The notes under the pieces were generated by a model, which was not told where the DNA came from, did not search any database, and saw only the letters and a list, made by a program, of their open reading frames with translations. Positions 38,261 through 48,023 of a DNA stretch of 64,000 bases are shown here, piece by piece. Source of the DNA: Omnitrophica bacterium RIFCSPLOWO2_12_FULL_50_11 (GTDB lineage: Bacteria > Omnitrophota > Omnitrophia > Omnitrophales > Danuiimicrobiaceae); assembly GCA_001804315.1 (NCBI GenBank), contig MHFT01000024.1:13610-77609 (forward strand). The letters are read 5' to 3'. Every line of letters begins with the position of its first letter. Positions within the stretch are counted from its first letter, which is position 1. The position numbers were made by a program, and so were the translations under genes.

Positions 38261-39097
38261 ATGACGGAAGTACTGACTAAGATTAGATTTGGGCACAGTC
38301 CGGATCCGGATGATGCGTTCATGTTTTATGCGATTGCGCGCGGGAAAATCGACCTTGCGGGATTTGAAATTGAGCACGTGGTCGAGGACATTGAATCGCT
38401 GAATCGTCGTGCGTTACGCGGGGAGCTCGAAGCAACTGCAGTTTCGGTTCATGCGTACGCGCACATTGCGGATGAGTACGCGATCATGCGCGCCGGTGCG
38501 AGTGTGGGCGAAAAATACGGGCCGGTTGTGGTTGCGAAAATGGGCGGGACGGAGAAGATTTGTGGAAAAACGATTGCGATTCCTGGAAGATTGACCACGG
38601 CGTATTTGGCTCTGAGGCTATTTGAGAAAAATTTTAACGAAGTTGTTGTCCCGTTTGACAAAATCATCGATTTCGTAGATGCAGGAAAAGCAGACGCCGG
38701 ACTTCTCATTCATGAAGGACAAGTCACGTACCAAAATCACGGGCTTAAAAAAATCATGGATCTGGGTGCGTGGTGGTGGGAGGAAACAAAGTTACCACTG
38801 CCGCTTGGCGTAGATGTGATTCGGAAGAATTTAGGCAGTGAGCCCATGAAGGCATTCGCGCGTGTCTTTAAAGAAAGCATTGAATACGCGCTCGCACACC
38901 GCGAGGCAGCGCTCGATTACGCGCTTCCGTACGGCCGGGGTCTGACGCGCGAAGCGGGCGATCGGTTTGTCGGCATGTACGTGAATGACTACACGCGTGA
39001 CCTTGGAACAGCGGGCGAGGAAGGCATCTGTCAATTGTTGGCACGCGGTTACGACGCGAGAATTTTGCCGAGGGCGATTACACCAGAATTTGTTTAG
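38261..39097 (+). CDS. mqnD: MqnA/MqnD-family protein (futalosine-pathway menaquinone biosynthesis; 1,4-dihydroxy-6-naphthoate synthase-like)
   Basis: IRFGHSPDPDDAFMFYAIARGKIDL matches the MqnD N-terminal signature (LGxSPCPNDTFxFYAL); 278 aa; periplasmic-binding-protein-like fold family. Confidence 0.65.
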   Translation: MTEVLTKIRFGHSPDPDDAFMFYAIARGKIDLAGFEIEHVVEDIESLNRRALRGELEATAVSVHAYAHIADEYAIMRAGASVGEKYGPVVVAKMGGTEKICGKTIAIPGRLTTAYLALRLFEKNFNEVVVPFDKIIDFVDAGKADAGLLIHEGQVTYQNHGLKKIMDLGAWWWEETKLPLPLGVDVIRKNLGSEPMKAFARVFKESIEYALAHREAALDYALPYGRGLTREAGDRFVGMYVNDYTRDLGTAGEEGICQLLARGYDARILPRAITPEFV

Positions 39098-39104
39098 TCC
39101 CTCA

Positions 39105-39420
39105 GTTTAATTTTGGTAGTTTCAGAGTACGTGTTTAGCGTTAGTCCCTTCCCCCCTTGTGGGGGAAGGTTTCCGCCAAAATACGGGGCGGATCCGCCAA
39201 GACTTATGGCGGAAGGATGGGGGGGTAATCAAACAAACACCCCCCCCACCTTCTCACTTGGGATACATCCTCCCCCATCCGCCACAAAACGCGGCGGGAT
39301 TCGTCCACAAAGCGTTTTGGGACGGATTCCGCCGACCCTTTGTGGCGAACAAGGGGGGGAGGAATAAATAAGGAAAGCAATTTGCAAAGCTTCACTTATA
39401 TCTCCCTCTGTAGTTCACAT
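39105..39420. repeat. Intergenic block of G/C-rich palindromes (family D plus ggggg/ccccc hairpins and a perfect 30-nt palindrome at 39392-39425)
   Basis: ccccccttgtggggg, tttccgccaaaatacggggcggatccgccaagacttatggcggaagg, ctgtagttcacatttaaatgtgaactacag. Confidence 0.6.
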
Positions 39421-39849
39421 TTAAATGTGAACTACAGGGGGAGGGCAGGAACTAGGGGACAACTCTCTTGGTAGCGCGGCCGCGGCAAGTTCGATCTCGA
39501 CACGAAATTCGTCGCGCCGTGAGGCCTCGATAAATTTGAGACCGGCTTCGTAGAGGCCGGTCTCAAGATTAAGCTTCCGCCAAACCACCTCCGCCAAAAT
39601 CCGGTTTGATGAAACCGCAAGGAGCTCGTCTTCCTTCACGTAATCGTCCATCGAGCTTAAGTCTACCTCGACGAGGGCGAACGTGCTCGGTTCGGGCGGC
39701 GACATGGCGGTAATTTTCATTCCGCCTTGACTTACATTCTTGGATTTGGCAATGTGGAGCGGCTTGTGCGGTGTTCGGTCAAGTCGTGTGAACCGAACCG
39801 GCAGGAGGCAAGACTCACGGGCGTGTCTGCGTCGTTCGGGGTTCATCAT
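39421..39849 (-). CDS. PilZ-domain c-di-GMP-binding protein
   Basis: ERRRHARESCLLPVRF (RxxxR motif) and KSKNVSQGGMKI (DxSxGG-type motif); 142 aa. The C-terminal tail overlaps the repeat block. Confidence 0.6.
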   Translation of the reverse strand: MMNPERRRHARESCLLPVRFTRLDRTPHKPLHIAKSKNVSQGGMKITAMSPPEPSTFALVEVDLSSMDDYVKEDELLAVSSNRILAEVVWRKLNLETGLYEAGLKFIEASRRDEFRVEIELAAAALPRELSPSSCPPPVVHI

Positions 39850-39902
39850 TCATTTGATCGGCTGAGACCGCAGAAAGTTAACAAGCGAAGGAGGGTATTT
39901 TT

Positions 39903-40295
39903 ATGAGAGCGGTTCAGGCGTTTGTTTTATTGACCATTTTGATTTTCTTGTGCCCTCGGACGAGCTTTGCCCAACAGGAAGAAAAGGATATTGAATACGC
40001 GCATTGCGGCCTGTGTGAATTCGCAGAAGCAGATCACTGGCTGAGGAGTGCGCCGGGGAAAATCTTCCGAGGTCTTACGAATGTAACGTTAGGTTGGACG
40101 AATTTATTCAGTCGCCCTGCAAAAGCTGTCACTGAAGGCGACAACATTCTAATTGGTATCGCCGATGGAATTGGTCACACCCTTGCCCGGACGGCTCAAG
40201 GGGCGGTAGAAGTTGTTGTCTTCTGGTTTCCGCCGGTAGAGGATGAGCCGCTTCGCAACTGCGCCCTTGGCGATTTAGGCTGGACGGGTCGGTAG
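39903..40295 (+). CDS. Small secreted protein (signal peptide; resembles the TIGR04073 exosortase-associated small-protein family, low confidence)
   Basis: Signal peptide MRAVQAFVLLTILIFLCPRTSFAQQ; conserved-looking KIFRGLTNVTLGWTNLF ... GIADGIGHTLARTAQGAVEVVVF. Confidence 0.45.
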   Translation: MRAVQAFVLLTILIFLCPRTSFAQQEEKDIEYAHCGLCEFAEADHWLRSAPGKIFRGLTNVTLGWTNLFSRPAKAVTEGDNILIGIADGIGHTLARTAQGAVEVVVFWFPPVEDEPLRNCALGDLGWTGR

Positions 40296-40407
40296 ATCGT
40301 TGGGCCATCAAGCGTGAAACATGCGCGGGTCAGCGTTTAAGTTCATCGAATGAAATATTTCCTAACCCTAAAGTGGTCAAATGGTTGCGTCAATTTAAAA
40401 AACCTTC

Positions 40408-40501
40408 TTGAAAACGAATGATTTTTGCCGTATTATTTGAGTGGAATCACGATAAGAGGCTAGCCAAAGGGTTTCGTCCCGCGGCAATGCCTCTCTTTTT
40501 T
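40408..40501 (+). ncRNA. Candidate very short transcript/sRNA: TTGAAA-17-TATTAT promoter followed by a hairpin plus U-tract terminator
   Basis: TTGAAA at 40408-40413, a 17-nt spacer, TATTAT at 40431-40436; hairpin AGAGGC...GCCTCT at 40455-40495 followed by TTTTTTG; no ORF. Confidence 0.3.
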
Positions 40502-40503
40502 GC

Positions 40504-41004
40504 CTATTTTCGTTCGTGAAATTCTAGCTTACCCCGTAGGTCGCTGAGGAATCCCATATCGGCCGCAAACCTTCTGAGCAACGCGGAATATTTATGTTTA
40601 TTCGGTATTAACAGCCGGCGTAACTTTCCTTGCTTTTTTAAGTATTCAACCAGACAGTGAAAATCTCCGTCGCCTGTCACAATAACGGCTTGATCGTAAT
40701 GGGGCTGCTCGATCATGGCGTGCAGGACGAGCTCTGCGTCAACGTTTCCTTTCACGCGTCCTTCCGATAAAGCAAGAGTAGGTTTGAAGATGACGACGTA
40801 GCCGTACTGTTGGAGCGAGGCGTACAAACTCTGCTGCTCGGCCACAAAACCAATGAATAAAAACGCCTTGACGACGCTGTATTTGTCCTCGAGGTATTTG
40901 CGAAACCGTTTAAAATCTAACTTCCACCCTTGTTCTCGGACTGACAAATTAAGATTCCGACTGTCTATAAACGCGTAATTTTTTTGATGTAGTTTCATCG
41001 TCAC
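40504..41004 (-). CDS. NYN-domain (LabA-like) protein, putative RNase
   Basis: YAFIDSRNL ... KGNVDAELVLHAM ... AVIVTGDGDFHCLV match the NYN/PIN-like acidic motifs. Confidence 0.7.
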   Translation of the reverse strand: MTMKLHQKNYAFIDSRNLNLSVREQGWKLDFKRFRKYLEDKYSVVKAFLFIGFVAEQQSLYASLQQYGYVVIFKPTLALSEGRVKGNVDAELVLHAMIEQPHYDQAVIVTGDGDFHCLVEYLKKQGKLRRLLIPNKHKYSALLRRFAADMGFLSDLRGKLEFHERK

Positions 41005-41083
41005 AAGAGATAATTCAATGGATGCAAGCTGCCGATTGCCTTGTGCTTAGCGGTAAGCACCGCCTCGTTGCCTTTCTTGTTTC

Positions 41084-42304
41084 TTAGATCTCGAGCACTT
41101 TGGGAAACCGACTCAGGTTTTTACAGCCATTTTTGGTCACGAGGACCATATCCTCGAGACGGACACCGCCCGCATCTAAGTAGTAAAGACCGGGTTCGAC
41201 CGTCACGACTTGACCGGCGCGCAGGATGTGGCAGACACTTGAGATTCGGGGTGGCTCGTGAATGTCAAGGCCGACGCCGTGGCCGGTTCCGTGGAAAAAA
41301 CCCTGCATGCGGCCGTCGATTTGGCCTGTCGGAAAGCCAAGCTTTTCGAATTGGTGCAAAATAGCATCGTGAATCTTTTTTCCATCTGCGCCATCTCGAA
41401 TCTGCCTGAATGCGATTTCTTGCCCTTCTTTGACCGCGCGGTACATCTTTTTTAATTTCTCTCCCGCTTTCCCGCGCACCACCGTTCGCGTCATGTCTGC
41501 GAAATAGCGGGAGGCGGTGGCGCGGGGGAACACGTCCATGACGATCGACTCGTGTGCGGGCAAAGGACCGGAACCTTGGTGATGCGGATCGACGCACTGC
41601 CTGCCTGAAGAGACGATCGTGTGTGCTGCGATGCAGCCCGATTCCATCAAGGAAACGTTTATGATTTGCTTAAGCGTTTCTGCCGTGAGGCGCTTTCCTT
41701 TGTACATTAAGTAACGGCCTTTGATCCTTGCTTTTGTCAAAACGTGTACCGCTTCACGAACCGCACGTTCTGTGTGCCGAAGGGTTTGGGTAATGGCGGC
41801 GACTTCTTTTTTGTTTTTGATCGTGCGCTCGCTGTAAAAAGGATCTGGCTTGAAACGAATTTTGTAACCTTTCTTGCGTAGGGCATCCGCGTGTTCGATG
41901 GGGAAATCGGAGGGAACGAGAACACATTTCACACGCCGCTCTCGAAAGAGTGCATGAACCATTTCTGCCGCGGTGATGGGTGTGACGCCGGCACGTTTTA
42001 ATTTCGCCGTGATTTTGCCCGTGGGGATGACTTCGTCCGCCTCGGCTTCCCGACGGGCGCGATCCAGCTCGAGTTCGCTCATGAGGACAATTTTCCGGCC
42101 TCTGATTTCGGCAAAAATAAAGGGGTCGGGGGCGAGAAAGCCTGTGGCGTAATAGAGGTTGGAGTCCCGCTCGCTCGCAGCGATGATGAGCGTTGCTTCC
42201 TCGTTTCGCACCATCTCTTTTATCTCTGATATACCTTGCGGCATTTCGGGTTCCCTTAAGGTATCCAAAATGGTATCATACCGGTTCTTCTTCGCAAAGT
42301 TCAA
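41084..42304 (-). CDS. M24-family metallopeptidase (Xaa-Pro aminopeptidase/prolidase)
   Basis: HGTGHGVGLDIHEPP, VVTVEPGLY, and metal ligands in DMTRT/VMDVF regions; N-terminal creatinase-like domain. Confidence 0.8.
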   Translation of the reverse strand: MNFAKKNRYDTILDTLREPEMPQGISEIKEMVRNEEATLIIAASERDSNLYYATGFLAPDPFIFAEIRGRKIVLMSELELDRARREAEADEVIPTGKITAKLKRAGVTPITAAEMVHALFRERRVKCVLVPSDFPIEHADALRKKGYKIRFKPDPFYSERTIKNKKEVAAITQTLRHTERAVREAVHVLTKARIKGRYLMYKGKRLTAETLKQIINVSLMESGCIAAHTIVSSGRQCVDPHHQGSGPLPAHESIVMDVFPRATASRYFADMTRTVVRGKAGEKLKKMYRAVKEGQEIAFRQIRDGADGKKIHDAILHQFEKLGFPTGQIDGRMQGFFHGTGHGVGLDIHEPPRISSVCHILRAGQVVTVEPGLYYLDAGGVRLEDMVLVTKNGCKNLSRFPKVLEI

Positions 42305-42339
42305 AGGAATTGTTCGTGGCTGAGACCAAGTGGATTCCC

Positions 42340-43014
42340 ATGACCGTGACCGAAGTCCATCAGGAGACTGAACAGATGGTGAGCCTCCGAATGCAGCCTT
42401 CGGTCGATCACGTTCAGTTCGACTTCAGAACCGGTCAGTATGTGAAAATCTTGTGTCCAGGCGGGCGAGAGGCGTATTTTGCCATTGCAAGCAACCCCGA
42501 GGAGAAAAAATTTATCGAGTTTTTGGTTAAAGACGTAGAAGGATCCCCTGCACACGATTTGAGTCAGGTCAAGCCGGACGATGAACTTCGGGTCAGTACC
42601 CCTATGGGAAAGGGATTCCCCCTAGAGCGTCTCAAAGGGAAAAATGTATTGCTCGTAGGGATGGGAAGCGGGCTTTCGCCGCTTCGGTCGGTAATGAAAT
42701 CGATTCACCGTCGGAAACAAGATTTTGGCAAGGTCGTGCTCGTTTACGGTGTCCGGCGTCCGGAAGACGTTCCGTTTATTGACGATTTCAATCTTTGGGG
42801 CATGAAGATTCGCGTCGAAATTGCGGCAAGCCAGCCCGGAAAATCCTACTGGAGCGGTTTTGAAGGCCGCGTCACAGAACTTTTGCCGAAACTTGCTCTT
42901 TCTTACGAAAAGATGGTGGCGTGCGTGTGCGGAAGCAAGGAAATGGAAGAAGAAGTGGCAAAATTTCTCGAAAGCGTAGGCATGCCGAAGGAAAATATTT
43001 TATTTAATTATTAA
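42340..43014 (+). CDS. FNR-like FAD/NAD(P)-binding oxidoreductase (PyrK/sulfhydrogenase gamma-like)
   Basis: FAD-binding RxYS-like GQYVKILCPGGREAYFAIAS, NAD-binding LLVGMGSGLSPLRSVM, C-terminal CGSKEM. The start is set at the ATG at 42340 to avoid overlap with the peptidase gene. Confidence 0.6.
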   Translation: MTVTEVHQETEQMVSLRMQPSVDHVQFDFRTGQYVKILCPGGREAYFAIASNPEEKKFIEFLVKDVEGSPAHDLSQVKPDDELRVSTPMGKGFPLERLKGKNVLLVGMGSGLSPLRSVMKSIHRRKQDFGKVVLVYGVRRPEDVPFIDDFNLWGMKIRVEIAASQPGKSYWSGFEGRVTELLPKLALSYEKMVACVCGSKEMEEEVAKFLESVGMPKENILFNY

Positions 43015-43133
43015 TAAAAGCTACGTCATCCTGAGTCCCGCCTTTGGCGGGACGAAGGATCTAGGTCGGGATTCTTCGGGCTTCGCCCTCAGAATGACGG
43101 TGTTGTGAGTGGCACTCAGAACGGAGGTACCTC

Positions 43134-43448
43134 ATGGGCAAGTTTGTTAAAGTAGCAGCGAGATCAGAGATTGCTCCCGGCACCGCGAAAAAAGTCGAAG
43201 TGAACGGCAAGGAAGTCGCCGTGTTTCATATCGACGGGCGCTTCTACGCGATTGGCGAAACGTGTCCGCATCGCGGTGGGCCTTTGTCGGAGGGAACCGT
43301 TGAAGAGAAGGTGGTGACGTGTCCGTGGCATGGTTGGCAGTTTGATGTGACCGACGGCGTCTCGCCGGTGAATCCAGCTGCGAAGGTTGACTGTTACCCG
43401 GTCAAGTTAGAAGGGGATGACGTTACGGTGTCAGACACCAGTGTCTGA
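43134..43448 (+). CDS. Rieske [2Fe-2S] ferredoxin (NirD-like)
   Basis: CPHRGGPLSEG...CPWHGWQF Rieske motifs; 104 aa. Confidence 0.8.
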   Translation: MGKFVKVAARSEIAPGTAKKVEVNGKEVAVFHIDGRFYAIGETCPHRGGPLSEGTVEEKVVTCPWHGWQFDVTDGVSPVNPAAKVDCYPVKLEGDDVTVSDTSV

Positions 43449-43469
43449 CACCAGTGTCTGACACCCTCT

Positions 43470-44288
43470 ATGGAAATAACCGAACTGCGTCATCGTGCGA
43501 ACGAGATTCGAAAAGATGTGATCCGCATGCTCGCTGAAGCCGGTTCCGGTCATCCGGGCGGGTCGCTTTCTGCCACAGACATTCTTACAGCGCTGTATTT
43601 CAAGGTGTTAATCCACGACCCGAAAAAACCTAGGGATCCCGATCGAGACCGAGTCGTTCTCAGCAAAGGGCATGGCGTTCCTGCCCTGTATGCAGCGCTT
43701 GCCCATGCCGGATATTTTCCACGGGAGCAACTGATGACACTCAGGAAGTTGGACAGCCCCTTGCAGGGTCATCCGGACATGCGCAGACTCCCGGGGCTGG
43801 ATGCGTCAACAGGTTCTCTAGGGCAGGGCCTTTCTATTGCTACGGGTATGGCTCTTGCGAGAAGGCTCGATCGAAAGGCCTATTGGACGTACGTGATCTT
43901 AAGTGACGGTGAGACGAATGAGGGGCAAACGTGGGAAGCCGCTAGTTTTGCAGGGCACCACAAGCTCGGCCATTTGATTGCAATTTTAGATTACAACAAG
44001 TTTCAACTGGATGATGCAGTGAAAAAGATTATTGACATGGAACCGGTCGTTGACAAATGGAGAGCCTTTCGATGGGAAGTGTTTGAGATTGACGGTCACA
44101 ATATGGAAACCATTGTCCGGACGCTCCAGCGCGCAAAACAGGTTCGTGAAAAACCGGTGATGATCATCGCCCACACGATTAAAGGCAAGGGCGTCTCCTT
44201 CATGGAGAACAACAACCATTACCACGGCGTCGCGCCCACAAAGGAGGAAGCCGAGCGCGCATTGAAGGAATTGGAGGCAAAATCGTAG
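43470..44288 (+). CDS. tktA: Transketolase, N-terminal subunit (split tkt)
   Basis: GHPGGSLSATDILTALYF ... SKGHGVPALYAALA ... ILSDGETNEGQTWEA (TPP-binding). Confidence 0.9.
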   Translation: MEITELRHRANEIRKDVIRMLAEAGSGHPGGSLSATDILTALYFKVLIHDPKKPRDPDRDRVVLSKGHGVPALYAALAHAGYFPREQLMTLRKLDSPLQGHPDMRRLPGLDASTGSLGQGLSIATGMALARRLDRKAYWTYVILSDGETNEGQTWEAASFAGHHKLGHLIAILDYNKFQLDDAVKKIIDMEPVVDKWRAFRWEVFEIDGHNMETIVRTLQRAKQVREKPVMIIAHTIKGKGVSFMENNNHYHGVAPTKEEAERALKELEAKS

Positions 44289-44299
44289 GGGAATGTCAA

Positions 44300-45250
44300 A
44301 TGCATCTTGAAAAAAGATTAGGCGCCGCGACGCGCGACGCTTACGGAAAAGCGCTCGCGGAACTCGGGAAAGAAAATCCAAACATCGTGGTTTTGGACGG
44401 CGATCTTGCCAAGTCGACGAAAACGGACCTCTTCCGCCAATCGTTTCCGGAGCGCTTTTTTAATGTCGGAATTGCGGAAGCAAACATGGTGGGTATTGCT
44501 TCTGGACTTGCTGCGAGCGGAAAACTGCCATTCATTTCAAGCTTTGCTTGTTTCATGATGTGCAAAGGTTACGACCAGCTCCGCATGTCGGTGGCTTTCC
44601 CTATTTTAAATGTGAAGGTCGTCGTTTCGCACGGCGGGATCAGCGTCGGTGAGGACGGGACGAGTCAACAATCGATCGAGGATTTGGCGCTTGCGACTTC
44701 GCTGCCAAACTTTACGGTGATCGTTCCGGCAGACGAAGTGTCAACAAAAGTTTTGGTGAGAAAAATGGCGGCGCGCGAAGGACCTATGTTCATGAGAACC
44801 TGCCGTCCTAAGACGCCACTGATTTACAAGGAGGGCACGGATTTTGAAATCGGCAAGGGTGTCGTGTTGCGTCGCGGCGAAGATGTGTCCATCTTTGCGA
44901 TTGGACTTCTCGTTTTTGAGGCGCTCGTGGCAGCTGAGGAATTGGCTGACAAAGGCATCCAGGCTGCGGTGATTGATCTTCACACCGTGAAACCGCTGGA
45001 TCGAGACTTGATTCAAGAACAGGCAGCCGAAACCGGTGCCATTGTTTGTTGTGAAGAGCACCAAATTTTCGGTGGGCTCGGAAGTGCAGTGAGCCGGGTG
45101 GTTGGAGAAGTCCATCCCGTACCTATGGAGTTTATTGCCATTCACGACACTTACGCTGAATCTGGCGCACCAGACCAATTACTTGACCGATACGGTTTAT
45201 CCGCGCGGCATATCGTGAGCGCCGCAGAGCGCGCCGTGAAACGGAAATGA
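44300..45250 (+). CDS. tktB: Transketolase, C-terminal subunit (split tkt)
   Basis: RDAYGKALAELGKENPNIVVLDGDLAKST ... FNVGIAEANMVGIASGLA; pyrimidine-binding and C-terminal domains. Confidence 0.9.
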   Translation: MHLEKRLGAATRDAYGKALAELGKENPNIVVLDGDLAKSTKTDLFRQSFPERFFNVGIAEANMVGIASGLAASGKLPFISSFACFMMCKGYDQLRMSVAFPILNVKVVVSHGGISVGEDGTSQQSIEDLALATSLPNFTVIVPADEVSTKVLVRKMAAREGPMFMRTCRPKTPLIYKEGTDFEIGKGVVLRRGEDVSIFAIGLLVFEALVAAEELADKGIQAAVIDLHTVKPLDRDLIQEQAAETGAIVCCEEHQIFGGLGSAVSRVVGEVHPVPMEFIAIHDTYAESGAPDQLLDRYGLSARHIVSAAERAVKRK

Positions 45251-45251
45251 G

Positions 45252-45728
45252 CTAGCGGGTTCGTCCGTAAAATGTTGCTTCAATTTTTGGACTTTCCTCC
45301 TGCAAGGTTTTCTTCCACTTTTCCTTGAAGCCTTTCGGAATTTCTGGGTAATATACGTCTCCTTCATACGCACGTGCGATTTTGGTAAGGTAGATTCCGT
45401 CTACTTGGCCCATCGTTTGCCGGAATAAATCTGCCCCGCCGATCACGAATGCTGTTTCTGTGGCGACGTGCTTGAGTGCTTCTTCGAGCGAGCAGAAGTA
45501 CTTCACGTTTGGGATCGTTTCCTGTTGCGCCCGGCTTAAGACAAAATTTTCCCGCCCGGGAAGCGGTTTTTTCCCTATGCTTTCAAAAGTTCTTCGTCCC
45601 ATGATGATGGTGCTGCCCATGGTCGTCTCTTTGAAATGCTTAAGGTCAACGGAAAAGTGCCAGGGGAGTTGGCCATTCTTTCCGATCATGCGATTCTCGG
45701 CACAGGCAACAATGTGGTAGAGTTTCAC
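45252..45728 (-). CDS. folA: Dihydrofolate reductase
   Basis: VKLYHIVACAENRMIGKNGQLPWHFSVDLKHFKETTMGSTIIMGRRTFESIG. The start is set at the GTG at 45728 preceded by GGGGGG; the ORF-track N-terminus reads into a G/C palindrome. Confidence 0.85.
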   Translation of the reverse strand: MKLYHIVACAENRMIGKNGQLPWHFSVDLKHFKETTMGSTIIMGRRTFESIGKKPLPGRENFVLSRAQQETIPNVKYFCSLEEALKHVATETAFVIGGADLFRQTMGQVDGIYLTKIARAYEGDVYYPEIPKGFKEKWKKTLQEESPKIEATFYGRTR

Positions 45729-45800
45729 ACCCCCCGCCTTGATCCTCCCCCCTTTTAGGGGGGAGGAAATAGGAGGGGGGTCATGTTTCATGGATATTGC

Positions 45801-46595
45801 TTAAACGGCAATGGGAGCTTTGATCGGTGGGTATGGATCGTAGTTTTCAATCTTAAAATCTTCGTATTTAAAGTCAAAGATATTCTTGACTTTCGGATTG
45901 ACACTCATTGTGGGCAGGGGTCGGATCTCGCGTCCCAGCTGTAACTTCACTTGCTCTAAGTGGTTCGTGTAGATATGAACGTCACCAAAGGTGTGGATGA
46001 GTTCAGCAGGTTCGAGACCGGTTACTTGTGCAATCATCATCGTAAGCAGTGCGTAGGACGCGATGTTAAACGGGACGCCCAAAAACACGTCCGCGCTCCG
46101 CTGGTACAGCTGGCATGAAAGCTTTCCGTTGTGGACATAAAATTGGAAGAGACAGTGACAGGGCGGAAGTGCCATTTCATCTAGGTCTCCCACGTTCCAG
46201 GCGCTCACGATCAAGCGGCGGCTGTTTGGATTTGACTTGACCGCTTCAATGACATCTGCGATCTGGTCGACCGTCCCGCCGTCAGGTTTTCTCCACGATC
46301 GCCATTGCTTGGAATAGATTGGACCCAGTTCTCCACGCTCGTCTGCCCACCCATCCCAAATCGTAACGCCATGTTCATTTAAGTACTTGACGTTTGTGTC
46401 GCCGCTCAGAAACCAGAGAAGTTCATAGAGGACAGATTTCAGGTGAATTTTCTTGGTGGTAAGGAGTGGAAAGCCTTCCGTTAGGTTTAGGCGCATTTGG
46501 TAGCCGAATGAACTGATGGTTCCAACTCCGGTCCTGTCTTTTTTTTTAACACCGGCGCAAAGTATGTGTTTTAAGAGATCGTGGTATTGTCTCAT
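45801..46595 (-). CDS. thyA: Thymidylate synthase
   Basis: [12 protein letters not shown]...[19 protein letters not shown]...[12 protein letters not shown]; near full-length identity pattern to ThyA. Confidence 0.95.
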   Translation of the reverse strand: MRQYHDLLKHILCAGVKKKDRTGVGTISSFGYQMRLNLTEGFPLLTTKKIHLKSVLYELLWFLSGDTNVKYLNEHGVTIWDGWADERGELGPIYSKQWRSWRKPDGGTVDQIADVIEAVKSNPNSRRLIVSAWNVGDLDEMALPPCHCLFQFYVHNGKLSCQLYQRSADVFLGVPFNIASYALLTMMIAQVTGLEPAELIHTFGDVHIYTNHLEQVKLQLGREIRPLPTMSVNPKVKNIFDFKYEDFKIENYDPYPPIKAPIAV

Positions 46596-46723
46596 GGGAG
46601 GCCATTGTACCAAAACCAGCTCGTGAATGCGATCCCCCACCACTTTAAGGAATATCGCCGGGAACAAACCTTAAAGTGGTGGGGGATTGACGCCGATTTC
46701 GACGGCAGGTATTATCCTTTCAT

Positions 46724-47369
46724 GGCGCGATCAGTACTTTATCTCAGGCAGATGGAACTCGGCCCCATGCAGAACTTTGTTTATCTCGTAGGGGATCGGG
46801 AGAAGAAGGAAGCTCTTCTCGTAGATCCGGCGTGGGATGTCAAAGCAGCCTTGGATCAAGCGGCGAAAGATGGTTTTTTAGTGAAAGGGGCGTTGATCAC
46901 GCATACGCATTTCGATCATGTCAATGGTTTGGAAGATTTGCTTCGTGCGACGGACGGTATCGTTTACGTCCACAAAGAGGAAGCGGAATTTTTGAGAGGC
47001 ATGAAGAAAAACATCAAGAGAATAGAAGGGGGAGAAAAAATTCAGGTTGGGTCCGTCGAAGTTACGTTTCTTCACACGCCCGGCCACACGCGCGGATCTC
47101 AATGTTTTTTGGTGAATGAGAAGAATTTGATTTCTGGAGATACCTTGTTTATTAACGCGTGTGGGCGTTGTGATCTTCCAGGCGGAGACGCGGAGGAAAT
47201 GTACCGGAGCTTGAACCGATTGGCGAGTTTGGATGAATCCACCGTGTTGTATCCCGGCCACAATTACGCGGACGATGCCACCTCCACCGTTGGAGATGAA
47301 AAGAAGTTTAATCCGTATCTGAAGATATCTAATTTGAACGATTTCTTGAAGTTTCGGATGGGGCAGTGA
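46724..47369 (+). CDS. MBL-fold metallo-hydrolase (glyoxalase II-like)
   Basis: ITHTHFDHVNG, HTPGHTRGS, GDTLFINACGRCD, YPGHNY. Confidence 0.75.
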
Positions 47370-47376
47370 GGAAGAC

Positions 47377-47862
47377 ATGACCGAAGGAGAAGCCAAAAAA
47401 ATAGCGCAGGAGCACTTTAAAAAGGCGTATGAGCTTCAAATGAGCGGTGAACTCCAGGACGCGATCGAAGAATATAAGAGGTCGATTGAAATTTTTCCTA
47501 CCGCTGAGGCCTATACCTTTTTAGGGTGGACGTACAGTTTTGAGGGGAGATACGATGACGCCATTCGCGAGTGCGAGGAGGCAATCAAGGTGGATCCGGA
47601 TTTCGGAAATCCGTACAATGACATAGGTGCTTACCTCATTGAAAAAGGGCGCCTTGACGAGGCCGTCGATTGGCTCAAGAAAGCTACGGTCGCGAAACGC
47701 TACGACAGTTATTGTTACCCCCATTACAATCTAGGCCGCGTTTATGAATACAGAGGCAACTGGCGCGAAGCAATGAAGTGTTATCAAGATTCAGTCGAGG
47801 CCAATCCAAAATACACATTAGCGCTCAAAGCCGTCAATCGCTTGAAAGCACTGTTTAATTGA
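47377..47862 (+). CDS. TPR-repeat protein
   Basis: Repeated 34-aa units with AYxxLGxxY / A...A patterns; 161 aa. Confidence 0.65.
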   Translation: MTEGEAKKIAQEHFKKAYELQMSGELQDAIEEYKRSIEIFPTAEAYTFLGWTYSFEGRYDDAIRECEEAIKVDPDFGNPYNDIGAYLIEKGRLDEAVDWLKKATVAKRYDSYCYPHYNLGRVYEYRGNWREAMKCYQDSVEANPKYTLALKAVNRLKALFN

Positions 47863-48023
47863 ACCATCGCAGAGTTGTTTAATCTAGGCTTTAACAACTC
47901 TGCGATGGTTCATCCTGAAGGAGGCCGTAGGCCGACTGAAGGATCCAGGTTGGGATTCTTCGCCCCGCACCTTCTCAGACACTGCTGAACCAAAACGTGC
48001 GGGGCTCAGAATGACGTGACTAA

